DNA of 22,431 nt from a virus (lineage: Duplodnaviria > Heunggongvirae > Uroviricota > Caudoviricetes): positions 1 to 22,431 of the IMG/VR virus record IMGVR_UViG_2529292726_000014; one strand, 5' to 3'. Under the pieces are notes generated by a model, which saw nothing but the letters and a program-made list of their open reading frames with translations, had not been told where the DNA came from and ran no database searches. Shown in pieces: positions 7,201 through 19,275 of the stretch. Position 1 is the stretch's first letter, and each line of letters begins with the position of its first letter. Made by a program: the position numbers and the translations under genes.

Positions 7201-7578
7201 ATGCCCGGTAAATTCAGATTCAGTCGTCGAAGTGAGAAAAATCTGGAGGGCGTCAAACCACAGCTGGTTGCTGTTGTTCGCCGTGCGCTGGAGCTGACGG
7301 AGGTTGACTTCGGTATTACGGAAGGCCTGCGCAGTAAGTATCGCCAGAAGCAGCTGGTCGCGGAAGGGAAAAGCCAGACCATGAACAGCCGCCACCTGAC
7401 CGGTGATGCGGTGGATGTTGTGGCCTACATTGGTAGCCAGGTGTCATGGGACTGGCCTCTGTACGAGAAAATCGCGCAGGCATTTAAGCAGGCTGCCGCA
7501 GAGCTGGGAACTGCCATCGAATGGGGCGGGGACTGGAAAACACTGAAAGACGGGCCTCACTTTCAGTTGAAGCGCTAA
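7201..7578 (+). CDS. Endolysin, peptidase M15 family (L-alanyl-D-glutamate peptidase type)
   Basis: GGAGG then ATG at 7201. Motifs SRHLTGDAVD, DW, and GPHF near the C-terminus resemble zinc-dependent M15 endolysins such as the phage T5 lysin (from memory). Confidence 0.7.
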   Translation: MPGKFRFSRRSEKNLEGVKPQLVAVVRRALELTEVDFGITEGLRSKYRQKQLVAEGKSQTMNSRHLTGDAVDVVAYIGSQVSWDWPLYEKIAQAFKQAAAELGTAIEWGGDWKTLKDGPHFQLKR

Positions 7579-7592
7579 TAACCAGGTGGTTT

Positions 7593-7775
7593 ATGAGCCG
7601 AAAACACTGGACACACAGAATGCCGCGAACGGCGGCGAAATGGGCACTGGTAGCGATACTGGTGCCTTTTTTCCTGGTGGGATGCGTTAGCCTGGATAAG
7701 GTGCGCCAGCTTTTCGATACGGCCTCGCAGGTCTGCGAAATTGTCGAAAGTGCCAGGCAGTGTATGCAGAACTGA
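7593..7775 (+). CDS. Small lipoprotein (60 aa), possible Rz1-like o-spanin with no recognisable i-spanin partner
   Basis: AGGTGG then ATG at 7593. Signal peptide plus lipobox LVGC, last gene of the lysis cluster. Confidence 0.5.
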   Translation: MSRKHWTHRMPRTAAKWALVAILVPFFLVGCVSLDKVRQLFDTASQVCEIVESARQCMQN

Positions 7776-7862
7776 TCGCCTGTAAGAGCAGAATATTGTT
7801 GAATCTAAATTTACTTTGAACAGTGGCCCGGATGGAAAGGGCATCTAAATAGGAGCAGAAAA

Positions 7863-8072
7863 ATGTTAACTGTAAAAGTCATGTCTCAAAATGGTGGGGA
7901 AGAGCTCCATTGCGGGCGTAGCATTGGCTATCATCCAGAGCAGCGGAGTATTGCCGTATCGGGAAAGGATGGGAAAGTCATTCTGAAAGATGGAGATATT
8001 GCTTATGTAATGAACCAAAACGCTCAAATAATATCTGTTTATCGGCCCAATAATAGTCAGAAAAACATTTGA
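7863..8072 (+). CDS. Hypothetical small protein (69 aa) in an AT-rich moron
   Basis: AGGAG 8 nt upstream of ATG. AT-rich codon usage distinct from flanking genes. Confidence 0.45.
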   Translation: MLTVKVMSQNGGEELHCGRSIGYHPEQRSIAVSGKDGKVILKDGDIAYVMNQNAQIISVYRPNNSQKNI

Positions 8073-8195
8073 ATTTCGCAAGTCCAAAGTTCAGTGGTGA
8101 TCGTTATCAACTAATTGAAATAACAAGCTTATGTTTGTGTAATTGGTGATATAGCATGTTAATGCTGAATATCAGCGTCAACATGGAGTTATACA

Positions 8196-8411
8196 ATGGT
8201 TTTTAAACACTATTACGTGAACAAAAATGCTCAGAGCAATGGCGATCATGAGGTGCATGCTGAGGAATGTTCATATCTTCCTGCTGTAGCTAACCGCGAT
8301 TACCTTGGTTACTATAGTGATTGTTCTTCGGCGGTAACAGAGGCAAAGGCCAAAGGATATTCCCGGGTGAATGGTTGCTATTGGTGTGCCAATAAGTGCC
8401 ACACGTCTTAA
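8196..8411 (+). CDS. Hypothetical small cysteine-containing protein (71 aa) in an AT-rich moron
   Basis: GGAG upstream of ATG, five Cys including a C-x2-C pair (CYWC), and a strong terminator immediately downstream. Confidence 0.5.
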   Translation: MVFKHYYVNKNAQSNGDHEVHAEECSYLPAVANRDYLGYYSDCSSAVTEAKAKGYSRVNGCYWCANKCHTS

Positions 8412-8431
8412 TCAATTGTCAATAAACCATA

Positions 8432-8453
8432 AAGGCCGCTCTGCGGCCTTTTT
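8432..8453 (+). terminator. Rho-independent terminator ending the moron
   Basis: GGCCGC / GCGGCC stem with TCT loop followed by T5. Confidence 0.7.
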
Positions 8454-8724
8454 CATGTTAAAAAAGATTGCGGCATTACAGCAGCCCTTCACACTGAGTG
8501 GCTGCGATAATGTGAGAAATAAAAAACCGGCAGGGGAAATCCATTGAAGATTTGCCGGTGGCAAAAAGATGGCCATGCTTTCAACCTTAGTCGCAGGGTT
8601 ACGGAGTGCAACTACGAATGCTGCCGGTATATGGCTGAATGGCGTTTCAATGATGTACGTCATCTTATCTGTAAATGTTAATGATAAAAGCTCTCATTTG
8701 TGCGGGTCCTTCCGGTGGGGTGGC

Positions 8725-8900
8725 CTGCCACGGGGCGGAAGGCGCGCGGGTTTTCGCTATTTATGAAAATTTTCCGGGGAAAATCATGTCGGTACTTCTC
8801 GAACATAACTATTTGTTTTTTCTAATATCGAATCCGTAAAAGGTCCGACATGAAAACGCCTAAAAAAGTCATTTTCGGGCACTTTCATGTCGGACCCTGT
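8725..8900 (+). promoter_or_regulatory. cos site: lambda-like cosN region plus cosB with three Nu1-binding R-site candidates
   Basis: GGGCGGAAGGCGCGCGGGTTTTCGCTATTTATGAAAATTTTCCGG (about 8733-8777) closely matches the lambda cohesive-end region as I recall it. An 11-mer CATGTCGG(T/A)CC occurs at 8785-8795 (direct), 8842-8852 (inverted) and 8886-8896 (direct), just upstream of nu1. Confidence 0.7.
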
Positions 8901-8920
8901 GTTTGTTGTGAGACTGTTTC

Positions 8921-9440
8921 ATGAAGGTTAATAAAAAGAAACTTGCCGAAATTTTCAACGTGGATCCGCGAACGATTGAACGCTGGCAGTCTCAGGGACT
9001 CCCTTGCGTCTCCGGAGGGGGTAAGGGCGTTGAATCTGTATTTGATACCTCCATGGCAATTCAGTGGTATGCGCAGAGGGAGGCTGATATCGAAAATGAA
9101 AAACTCCGTAAAGAGGTTGAGGATTACAGGGCTGCCAGTGAGGCAGATCTCCAGCCTGGGACTATTGAGTACGAACGCCATCGACTTACGCGTGCGCAGG
9201 CCGACGCACAGGAGCTGAAGAATGCCAGAGACTCCGCAGAAGTGGTGGAAACCGCATTCTGTACTTTCGTGCTGTCACGGATCGCAGGTGAAATTGCCAG
9301 TATTCTTGACGGGATCCCTCTCTCGGTACAGCGGCGTTTTCCGGAACTGGAAAACCGACATGTTGATTTCCTGAAACGGGATATCATCAAAGCCATGAAC
9401 AAAGCAGCCGCGCTGGATGAACTGATACCGGGGTTGCTGA

Positions 9441-9466
<26 letters not shown>
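8921..9466 (+). CDS. nu1: Terminase small subunit Nu1
   Basis: From about residue 60 the product matches lambda gpNu1 as recalled. The N-terminal DNA-binding domain is divergent. Confidence 0.9.
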
Positions 9467-13147
<3,681 letters not shown>

Positions 13148-13167
<20 letters not shown>

Positions 13168-14467
13168 TCTCCCGCATATTGCCAGCATGGCTTTTAATGA
13201 GCCGCTGATGCTTGAACCCGCCTATGCGCGGGTTTTCTTTTGTGCGCTTGCAGGCCAGCTTGGGATCAGCCGCCTGACGGATGCAGTATCCGGCGACAGC
13301 CTGACTGCCGGAGAGGCACCCGCGGCGCTGGCGTTATCCGGTGATGATGACGGACCACGACAGGCCCGCAGTTATCAGGTCATGAACGGCATCGCCGTGC
13401 TGCCGGTGTCCGGTACGCTGGTCAGCCGGACGCGGGCGCTGCAGCCGTATTCGGGAATGACCGGTTACAACGGCATTATCGCCCGTCTGCAACAGGCTGC
13501 CAGCGATCCGATGGTGGACGGCATTCTGCTGGATATGGACACACCGGGCGGGATGGTGGCGGGAGCATTTGACTGTGCTGACATCATCGCCCGTGTGCGA
13601 GACATAAAACCGGTATGGGCGCTGGCCAACGACATGAACTGCAGTGCAGGTCAGCTGCTTGCCAGCGCCGCCTCCCGGCGTCTGGTCACGCAGACCGCCC
13701 GGACAGGCTCCATCGGCGTCATGATGGCTCACAGTAATTACGGTGCTGCGCTGGAGAAACAGGGCGTGGAAATCACGCTGATTTACAGCGGCAGCCATAA
13801 GGTGGATGGCAACCCCTACAGCCATCTACCGGATGATGTCCGGGAAACACTGCAGTCCCGGATGGATGCAACCCGCCGAATGTTTGCACAGAAGGTGTCG
13901 ACATATACCGGCCTGTCCGTGCAGGCTGTGCTGGATACCGAGGCTGCAGTGTACAGCGGTCAGGAGGCCATTGATGCCGGACTGGCTGATGAACTTGTGA
14001 ACAGTACCGATGCGATCACCGTCATGCGTGATGCACTGGATGCACGTAAATCCCGTCTCTCAGGAGGGCGAATGACCAAAGAGACTCAATCAACAACTGT
14101 TTCAGCCACTGCTTCGCAGGCTGACGTTACTGGCGTGGTGCAAGCGACGGAGGGCGAGAACGCCAGCGCTGCGCAGCCGGACGTGAACGCGCAGATCACC
14201 GCAGCGGTTGCGGCAGAAAACAGTCGCATTATGGGGATCCTCAACTGTGAGGAGGCTCACGGACGCGAAGAACAGGCATGCGTGCTGGCCGAAACCCCCG
14301 GTATGACCGTGGAAACGGCCCGCCGTATTCTGGCCGCAGCACCACAGAGTGCACAGGCGCGCAGTGACACTGCGCTGGATCGTCTGATGCAGGGGGCACC
14401 GGCACCGCTGGCTGCAGGTAACCCGGCATCTGATGCCGTTAACGATTTGCTGAACACACCAGTGTAA
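13148..14467 (+). CDS. C: Head maturation protease / scaffold gpC
   Basis: Matches lambda gpC from (V)TAELRNLPHIASMAFNEPL. Start taken as the in-frame GTG at 13148 overlapping the end of B; the ATG at 13013 is inside B and rejected. Confidence 0.85.
14072..14467 (+). CDS. nu3: Scaffolding protein Nu3 (nested in-frame within the 3' part of C)
   Basis: Internal ATG at 14072 preceded by CAGGAGGG. Product MTKETQSTTVSATASQ... matches lambda Nu3 as recalled. Confidence 0.75.
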   Translation: MTKETQSTTVSATASQADVTGVVQATEGENASAAQPDVNAQITAAVAAENSRIMGILNCEEAHGREEQACVLAETPGMTVETARRILAAAPQSAQARSDTALDRLMQGAPAPLAAGNPASDAVNDLLNTPV

Positions 14468-14476
14468 GGGATGTTT

Positions 14477-14809
14477 ATGACGAGCAAAGAAACCTTTACC
14501 CATTACCAGCCGCTGGGCAACAGTGACCCGGCTCATACCGCAACCGCGCCCGGCGGATTGAGTGCGAAAGCGCCTGCAATGCCCCCGCTGATGCTGGACA
14601 CCTCCACCCGTAAGCTGGTTGCGTGGGATGGCACCACCGACGGTGCTGCCGTTGGCATTCTTGCAGTTGCTGCTGACCAGACCAGCACCACACTGACGTT
14701 CTACAAGTCCGGCACGTTCCGTTATGAGGATGTGCTCTGGCCGGAGGCTGCCAGCGACGAGACGAAAAAACGGACCGCGTTTGCCGGAACGGCAATCAGC
14801 ATCGTTTAA
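14477..14809 (+). CDS. D: Head decoration protein gpD
   Basis: [12 protein letters not shown]... matches lambda gpD. Start at the second ATG (14477). Confidence 0.9.
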   Translation: MTSKETFTHYQPLGNSDPAHTATAPGGLSAKAPAMPPLMLDTSTRKLVAWDGTTDGAAVGILAVAADQTSTTLTFYKSGTFRYEDVLWPEAASDETKKRTAFAGTAISIV

Positions 14810-14828
14810 CTTTACCCTTCATCACTAA

Positions 14829-14850
14829 AGGCCGCCTGTGCGGCTTTTTT
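14829..14850 (+). terminator. Rho-independent terminator between D and E
   Basis: GCCGC / GCGGC stem with CTGT loop followed by T6. Confidence 0.6.
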
Positions 14851-14863
14851 ACGGGATTTTTTT

Positions 14864-15889
14864 ATGTCGATGTACACAACCGCCCAGCTGCTGGCGGCAA
14901 ATGAGCAGAAATTTAAGTTTGATCCGCTGTTTCTGCGTCTCTTTTTCCGTGAGAGCTATCCCTTCACCACGGAGAAAGTCTATCTCTCACAAATTCCGGG
15001 ACTGGTAAACATGGCGCTGTACGTTTCGCCGATTGTTTCCGGTGAGGTTATCCGTTCCCGTGGCGGCTCCACCTCTGAATTTACGCCGGGATATGTCAAA
15101 CCCAAGCATGAAGTGAATCCGCAGATGACCCTGCGTCGCCTGCCGGATGAAGATCCGCAGAATCTGGCGGACCCGGCTTACCGCCGCCGTCGCATCATCA
15201 TGCAGAACATGCGTGACGAAGAGCTGGCCATTGCTCAGGTCGAAGAGATGCAGGCAGTTTCTGCCGTGCTCAAGGGCAAATACACCATGACCGGTGAAGC
15301 CTTCGATCCGGTTGAGGTGGATATGGGCCGCAGTGCGGCGAACAACATCACGCAGTCCGGCGGCACGGAGTGGAGCAAGCGTGACAAGTCCACGTATGAC
15401 CCGACCGACGATATCGAAGCCTACGCGCTGAACGCCAGCGGCGTGGTGAATATCATCGTGTTTGACCCGAAAGGCTGGGCGCTGTTCCGTTCCTTCAAAG
15501 CCGTCAGGGAGAAGCTGGATACCCGTCGCGGCTCTCATTCCGAACTGGAGACAGCGGTAAAAGACCTGGGCAAAGCGGTGTCTTATAAGGGAATGTATGG
15601 CGATGTGGCCATCGTCGTGTATTCCGGACAGTACGTGGAAAACGGCGTCAAAAAGAACTTCCTGCCGGACAACACGATGGTGCTGGGTAACACTCATGCA
15701 CGCGGTCTGCGCACCTATGGCTGTATTCAGGATGCGGATGCATTGAGTGAGGGTATTAATGCGTCTCCCCGTTATCCGAAAAACTGGAAGACATCCGGCG
15801 ATCCGGCGCGAGAGTTCACCATGATTCAGTCAGCACCGCTGATGCTGCTGGCTGATCCTGATGAGTTCGTGTCCGTTCAACTGGCGTAA
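14864..15889 (+). CDS. E: Major capsid protein gpE
   Basis: 341-aa product near-identical to lambda gpE as recalled. Confidence 0.95.
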   Translation: MSMYTTAQLLAANEQKFKFDPLFLRLFFRESYPFTTEKVYLSQIPGLVNMALYVSPIVSGEVIRSRGGSTSEFTPGYVKPKHEVNPQMTLRRLPDEDPQNLADPAYRRRRIIMQNMRDEELAIAQVEEMQAVSAVLKGKYTMTGEAFDPVEVDMGRSAANNITQSGGTEWSKRDKSTYDPTDDIEAYALNASGVVNIIVFDPKGWALFRSFKAVREKLDTRRGSHSELETAVKDLGKAVSYKGMYGDVAIVVYSGQYVENGVKKNFLPDNTMVLGNTHARGLRTYGCIQDADALSEGINASPRYPKNWKTSGDPAREFTMIQSAPLMLLADPDEFVSVQLA

Positions 15890-15930
15890 TCATGGCCCTT
15901 AGGGGCCATTTTCTCTCTGTGGAGGAGTCC

Positions 15931-16326
15931 ATGACGAAAGATGAACTGATTGCCCGTCTCCGGTCGCTGGGTGAGCAACTGAACCGTGATGTCAGCCTGA
16001 CGGGGACGAAAGAAGAACTGGCGCTCCGTGTGGCAGAGCTGGAAGAGGAGCTTGATGACACGGATGACGCAGCCGGTCAGGACTCGTCTGTCAGCCCGGA
16101 AAATGCGCTGACCGGACATGAAAATGAGGTGGTATCAGCACAGACGGATACCGTGACTGATACGGCTGCTCTGGTCACGGTTGTGGCACTGGTGACGCTG
16201 CATACCGATGCACTTCACGCCACGCGGGATGAACCTGTGGCATTTGTGCTGCCGGGAACGGCGTTTCGTGTCTCTGCCGGTGTGGCAGCCGAAATGACAG
16301 AACGTGGCCTGGCCAGAATGCAATAA
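15931..16326 (+). CDS. FI: DNA packaging protein gpFI
   Basis: MTKDELIARLRSLGEQL... matches lambda FI. GGAGGAG upstream of the ATG at 15931. Confidence 0.9.
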   Translation: MTKDELIARLRSLGEQLNRDVSLTGTKEELALRVAELEEELDDTDDAAGQDSSVSPENALTGHENEVVSAQTDTVTDTAALVTVVALVTLHTDALHATRDEPVAFVLPGTAFRVSAGVAAEMTERGLARMQ

Positions 16327-16337
16327 CGGGAGGCGCT

Positions 16338-16691
16338 GTGGCTGATTTCGATAACCTGTTCGATGCTGCCATTGCCCGCGCTGATGAAACGATACGCGGG
16401 TACATGGGAACGTCAGCCACCATGACATCCGGTGAGCAGTCCGGTGCTGTGATACGTGGTGTTTTTGATGACCCTGAAAATATCAGCTATGCCGGACAGG
16501 GCGTGCGCGTTGAAGGCTCCAGCCCGTCCCTGTTTGTCCGGACTGATGAGGTGCGGCAGCTGCGGCGTGGAGACACGCTGACCATCGGTGAGGAAAACTT
16601 CTGGATAGACCGGGTTTCGCCGGATGATGGCGGAAGCTGTCATCTCTGGCTTGGGCGTGGCGTGCCGCCTGCCGTTAACCGTCGCCGCTGA
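16338..16691 (+). CDS. FII: Head-tail connector gpFII
   Basis: 117-aa product matching lambda FII. GTG start. Confidence 0.9.
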   Translation: MADFDNLFDAAIARADETIRGYMGTSATMTSGEQSGAVIRGVFDDPENISYAGQGVRVEGSSPSLFVRTDEVRQLRRGDTLTIGEENFWIDRVSPDDGGSCHLWLGRGVPPAVNRRR

Positions 16692-16702
16692 AAGGGGGAT
16701 GT

Positions 16703-17281
16703 ATGGCCATAAAAGGTCTTGAGCAGGCCGTTGAAAACCTCAGCCGTATCAGCAAAACGGCGGTGCCTGGTGCCGCCGCAATGGCCATTAACCGCGTTGC
16801 GTCATCCGCGATATCGCAGTCTGCGTCACAGGTTGCCCGTGAGACAAAGGTACGCCGGAAACTGGTAAAGGAAAGGGCCAGGCTGAAAAGGGCCACGGTC
16901 AAAAATCCGCAGGCCAGAATCAGGGTTAACCGGGGGGATTTGCCCGTAATAAAGCTGGGTAACGCGCGGATTGTCCTGTCCCGACGCAGGCGTCGTAAAA
17001 AGGGGCAGCGTTCAGCCCTGAAAGGTGGCGGCAGCGTGCTTGTGGTGGGAAACCGTCGTATTCCCGGCGCGTTTATTCAGCAACTGAAAAATGGGCGGTG
17101 GCATGTCATGCAGCGTGTGGCCGGGAAAAACCGTTACCCCATTGATGTGGTGAAAATCCCGATGGCGGTGCCGCTTACCACGGCGTTTAAACAGAATATT
17201 GAACGGATACGGCGTGAACGTCTTCCGAAAGAGCTGGGCTATGCGCTGCAGCATCAACTGAGAATGGTAATAAAGCGATGA
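16703..17281 (+). CDS. Z: Tail completion protein gpZ
   Basis: 192-aa product matching lambda gpZ. Confidence 0.9.
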   Translation: MAIKGLEQAVENLSRISKTAVPGAAAMAINRVASSAISQSASQVARETKVRRKLVKERARLKRATVKNPQARIRVNRGDLPVIKLGNARIVLSRRRRRKKGQRSALKGGGSVLVVGNRRIPGAFIQQLKNGRWHVMQRVAGKNRYPIDVVKIPMAVPLTTAFKQNIERIRRERLPKELGYALQHQLRMVIKR

Positions 17282-17673
17282 AACATACTGAACTCCGTGC
17301 AGCCGTACTGGATGCACTGGAGAAGCATGACACCGGGGCGACGCTTTTTGATGGTCGCCCCGCTGTTTTTGATGAGGCGGATTTTCCGGCAATTGCCGTT
17401 TATCTCACCGGCGCTGAATACACGGGCGAAGAGCTGGACAGCGATACCTGGCAGGCGGAGCTGCATATTGAAGTTTTCCTGCCTGCTCAGGTGCCGGATT
17501 CAGAGCTGGATGCGTGGATGGAGTCCCGGATTTATCCGGTGATGAGCGATATCCCGGCACTGTCAGATTTGATCACCAGTATGGTGGCCAGTGGCTATGA
17601 CTACCGACGCGACGATGATGCGGGCCTGTGGAGTTCAGCCGATCTGACTTATGTCATTACCTATGAAATGTGA
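17278..17673 (+). CDS. U: Tail terminator protein gpU
   Basis: 131-aa product matching lambda gpU. Confidence 0.9.
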   Translation: MKHTELRAAVLDALEKHDTGATLFDGRPAVFDEADFPAIAVYLTGAEYTGEELDSDTWQAELHIEVFLPAQVPDSELDAWMESRIYPVMSDIPALSDLITSMVASGYDYRRDDDAGLWSSADLTYVITYEM

Positions 17674-17680
17674 GGACGCT

Positions 17681-18421
17681 ATGCCTGTACCAAATCCAGT
17701 AATGCCGGTGAAAGGGGCCGGGACCACACTGTGGGTTTATAAGGGGAACGGTGACCCTTATGCGAACCCGCTTTCAGACGTTGACTGGTCGCGTCTGGCT
17801 AAAGTTAAAGACCTGACGCCCGGCGAACTGACCGCTGAGTCCTATGACGACAGCTATCTCGATGATGAGGATGCGGACTGGACTGCGACCGGGCAGGGGC
17901 AGAAATCTGCCGGAGATACCAGCTTCACGCTGGCGTGGATGCCCGGAGAGCAGGGGCAGCAGGCGCTGCTGGCGTGGTTTAATGAAGGCGATACCCGTGC
18001 CTATAAAATCCGCTTCCCGAACGGCACGGTCGATGTGTTCCGTGGCTGGGTCAGCAGTATCGGTAAGGCGGTGACGGCGAAGGAAGTGATCACCCGCACG
18101 GTGAAAGTCACCAATGTGGGACGTCCGTCGATGGCAGAAGATCGCAGCATGGTAACAGCGGCAACCGGCATGACCGTGACGCCTGCCAGCACCTCGGTGG
18201 TGAAAGGGCAGAGCACCACGCTGACCGTGGCCTTCCAGCCGGAGGGCGTAACCGACAAGAGCTTTCGTGCGGTGTCTGCGGATAAAACAAAAGCCACCGT
18301 GTCGGTCAGTGGTATGACCATCACTGTGAAAGGCGTCGCTGCAGGTAAGGTCAACATTCCGGTTGTATCCGGTAATGGTGAACTTGCTGCGGTTGCAGAA
18401 ATCAACGTCACCGCCAGTTAA
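17681..18421 (+). CDS. V: Major tail tube protein gpV
   Basis: Matches lambda gpV from MPVPNP... Start at 17681, not the upstream in-frame ATG at 17651. Confidence 0.9.
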   Translation: MPVPNPVMPVKGAGTTLWVYKGNGDPYANPLSDVDWSRLAKVKDLTPGELTAESYDDSYLDDEDADWTATGQGQKSAGDTSFTLAWMPGEQGQQALLAWFNEGDTRAYKIRFPNGTVDVFRGWVSSIGKAVTAKEVITRTVKVTNVGRPSMAEDRSMVTAATGMTVTPASTSVVKGQSTTLTVAFQPEGVTDKSFRAVSADKTKATVSVSGMTITVKGVAAGKVNIPVVSGNGELAAVAEINVTAS

Positions 18422-18436
18422 TCCGGAGAGTCAGCG

Positions 18437-18859
18437 ATGTTCCTGAAAACCGAATCATTTGAACATAACGGTGTGACCGTCACGCTTTCTGAACTGTCAG
18501 CCCTGCAGCGTATTGAGCATCTTGCCTGGTTGAAAGAGCAGGAAAAAAAGGCTGAATCCAGTGGCAACCTGCAGGTGTCTGTAGAGGATCTTATCAGAGG
18601 CGGGGCGTTTCTGGTGGCGATGTCTCTGTGGCATAACCATCCGCAGAAGACAAAGCTGCCGTCCATGAATGAAGCCATTACGCAGATTGAGCAGGAAGTG
18701 CTTACCACCTGGCCCACGGAGGCAATTGCTCAGGCTGAAAACGTGGTGTTACGTCTGTCCGGAATGTCTGAGTTTGTGGTGAATAATTCCCCTGAACAGG
18801 CAGAGGATGCCGGGCCTGCAGAGCCTGTTTCTGCGGGAAAGTGTTCGACGGTGAGCTGA
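18437..18859 (+). CDS. G: Tail assembly chaperone gpG
   Basis: 140-aa product matching lambda gpG. Confidence 0.9.
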   Translation: MFLKTESFEHNGVTVTLSELSALQRIEHLAWLKEQEKKAESSGNLQVSVEDLIRGGAFLVAMSLWHNHPQKTKLPSMNEAITQIEQEVLTTWPTEAIAQAENVVLRLSGMSEFVVNNSPEQAEDAGPAEPVSAGKCSTVS

Positions 18860-19275
18860 GTTTTGCCCTGAAACTGGCGCGCGAGATGGGGCGACCCGAC
18901 TGGCGCGCCATGCTTGCCGGGATGTCATCCACGGAGTATGCCGACTGGCACCGCTTTTACAGTACCCATTATTTTCATGATGTTCTGCTGGATATGCACT
19001 TTTCCGGGCTGACGTACACCGTGCTCAGCCTGTTTTTCAGCGATCCGGATATGCATCCGCTGGATTTCAGTCTGCTGAACCGGCGCGAGGCTGACGAAGA
19101 GCCTGAAGATGATGTGCTGATGCAGAAAGCGGCAGGGCTTGCCGGAGGTGTCCGCTTTGGCCCGGACGGGAATGAAGTTATCCCTACTTCCCCGGATGTG
19201 GCGGACATGACGGAGGATGACGTAATGCTGATGACAGTATCAGAAGGGATCGCAGGAGGAGTCCGGTATGGCTGA
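18437..19275 (+). CDS. T: Tail assembly chaperone gpGT, made by -1 programmed ribosomal frameshift from G into the T frame
   Basis: Slippery heptamer G GGA AAG at 18835-18841 near the end of G. The downstream -1 frame encodes the lambda gpT sequence (FDGELSFALKLAREMG...). Confidence 0.8.
18835..18841 (+). other. -1 programmed ribosomal frameshift slippery site (GGGAAAG) for G-T
   Basis: Identical heptamer and position to the lambda G/T frameshift site as I recall it. Confidence 0.8.

Noticed and set aside
8412-8766. ORFs 8412..8663 (-) and 8569..8766 (+)
   Set aside because: They overlap the moron terminator and the cos region and have no translation signals. The area is better explained as terminator plus cosQ/cosN.
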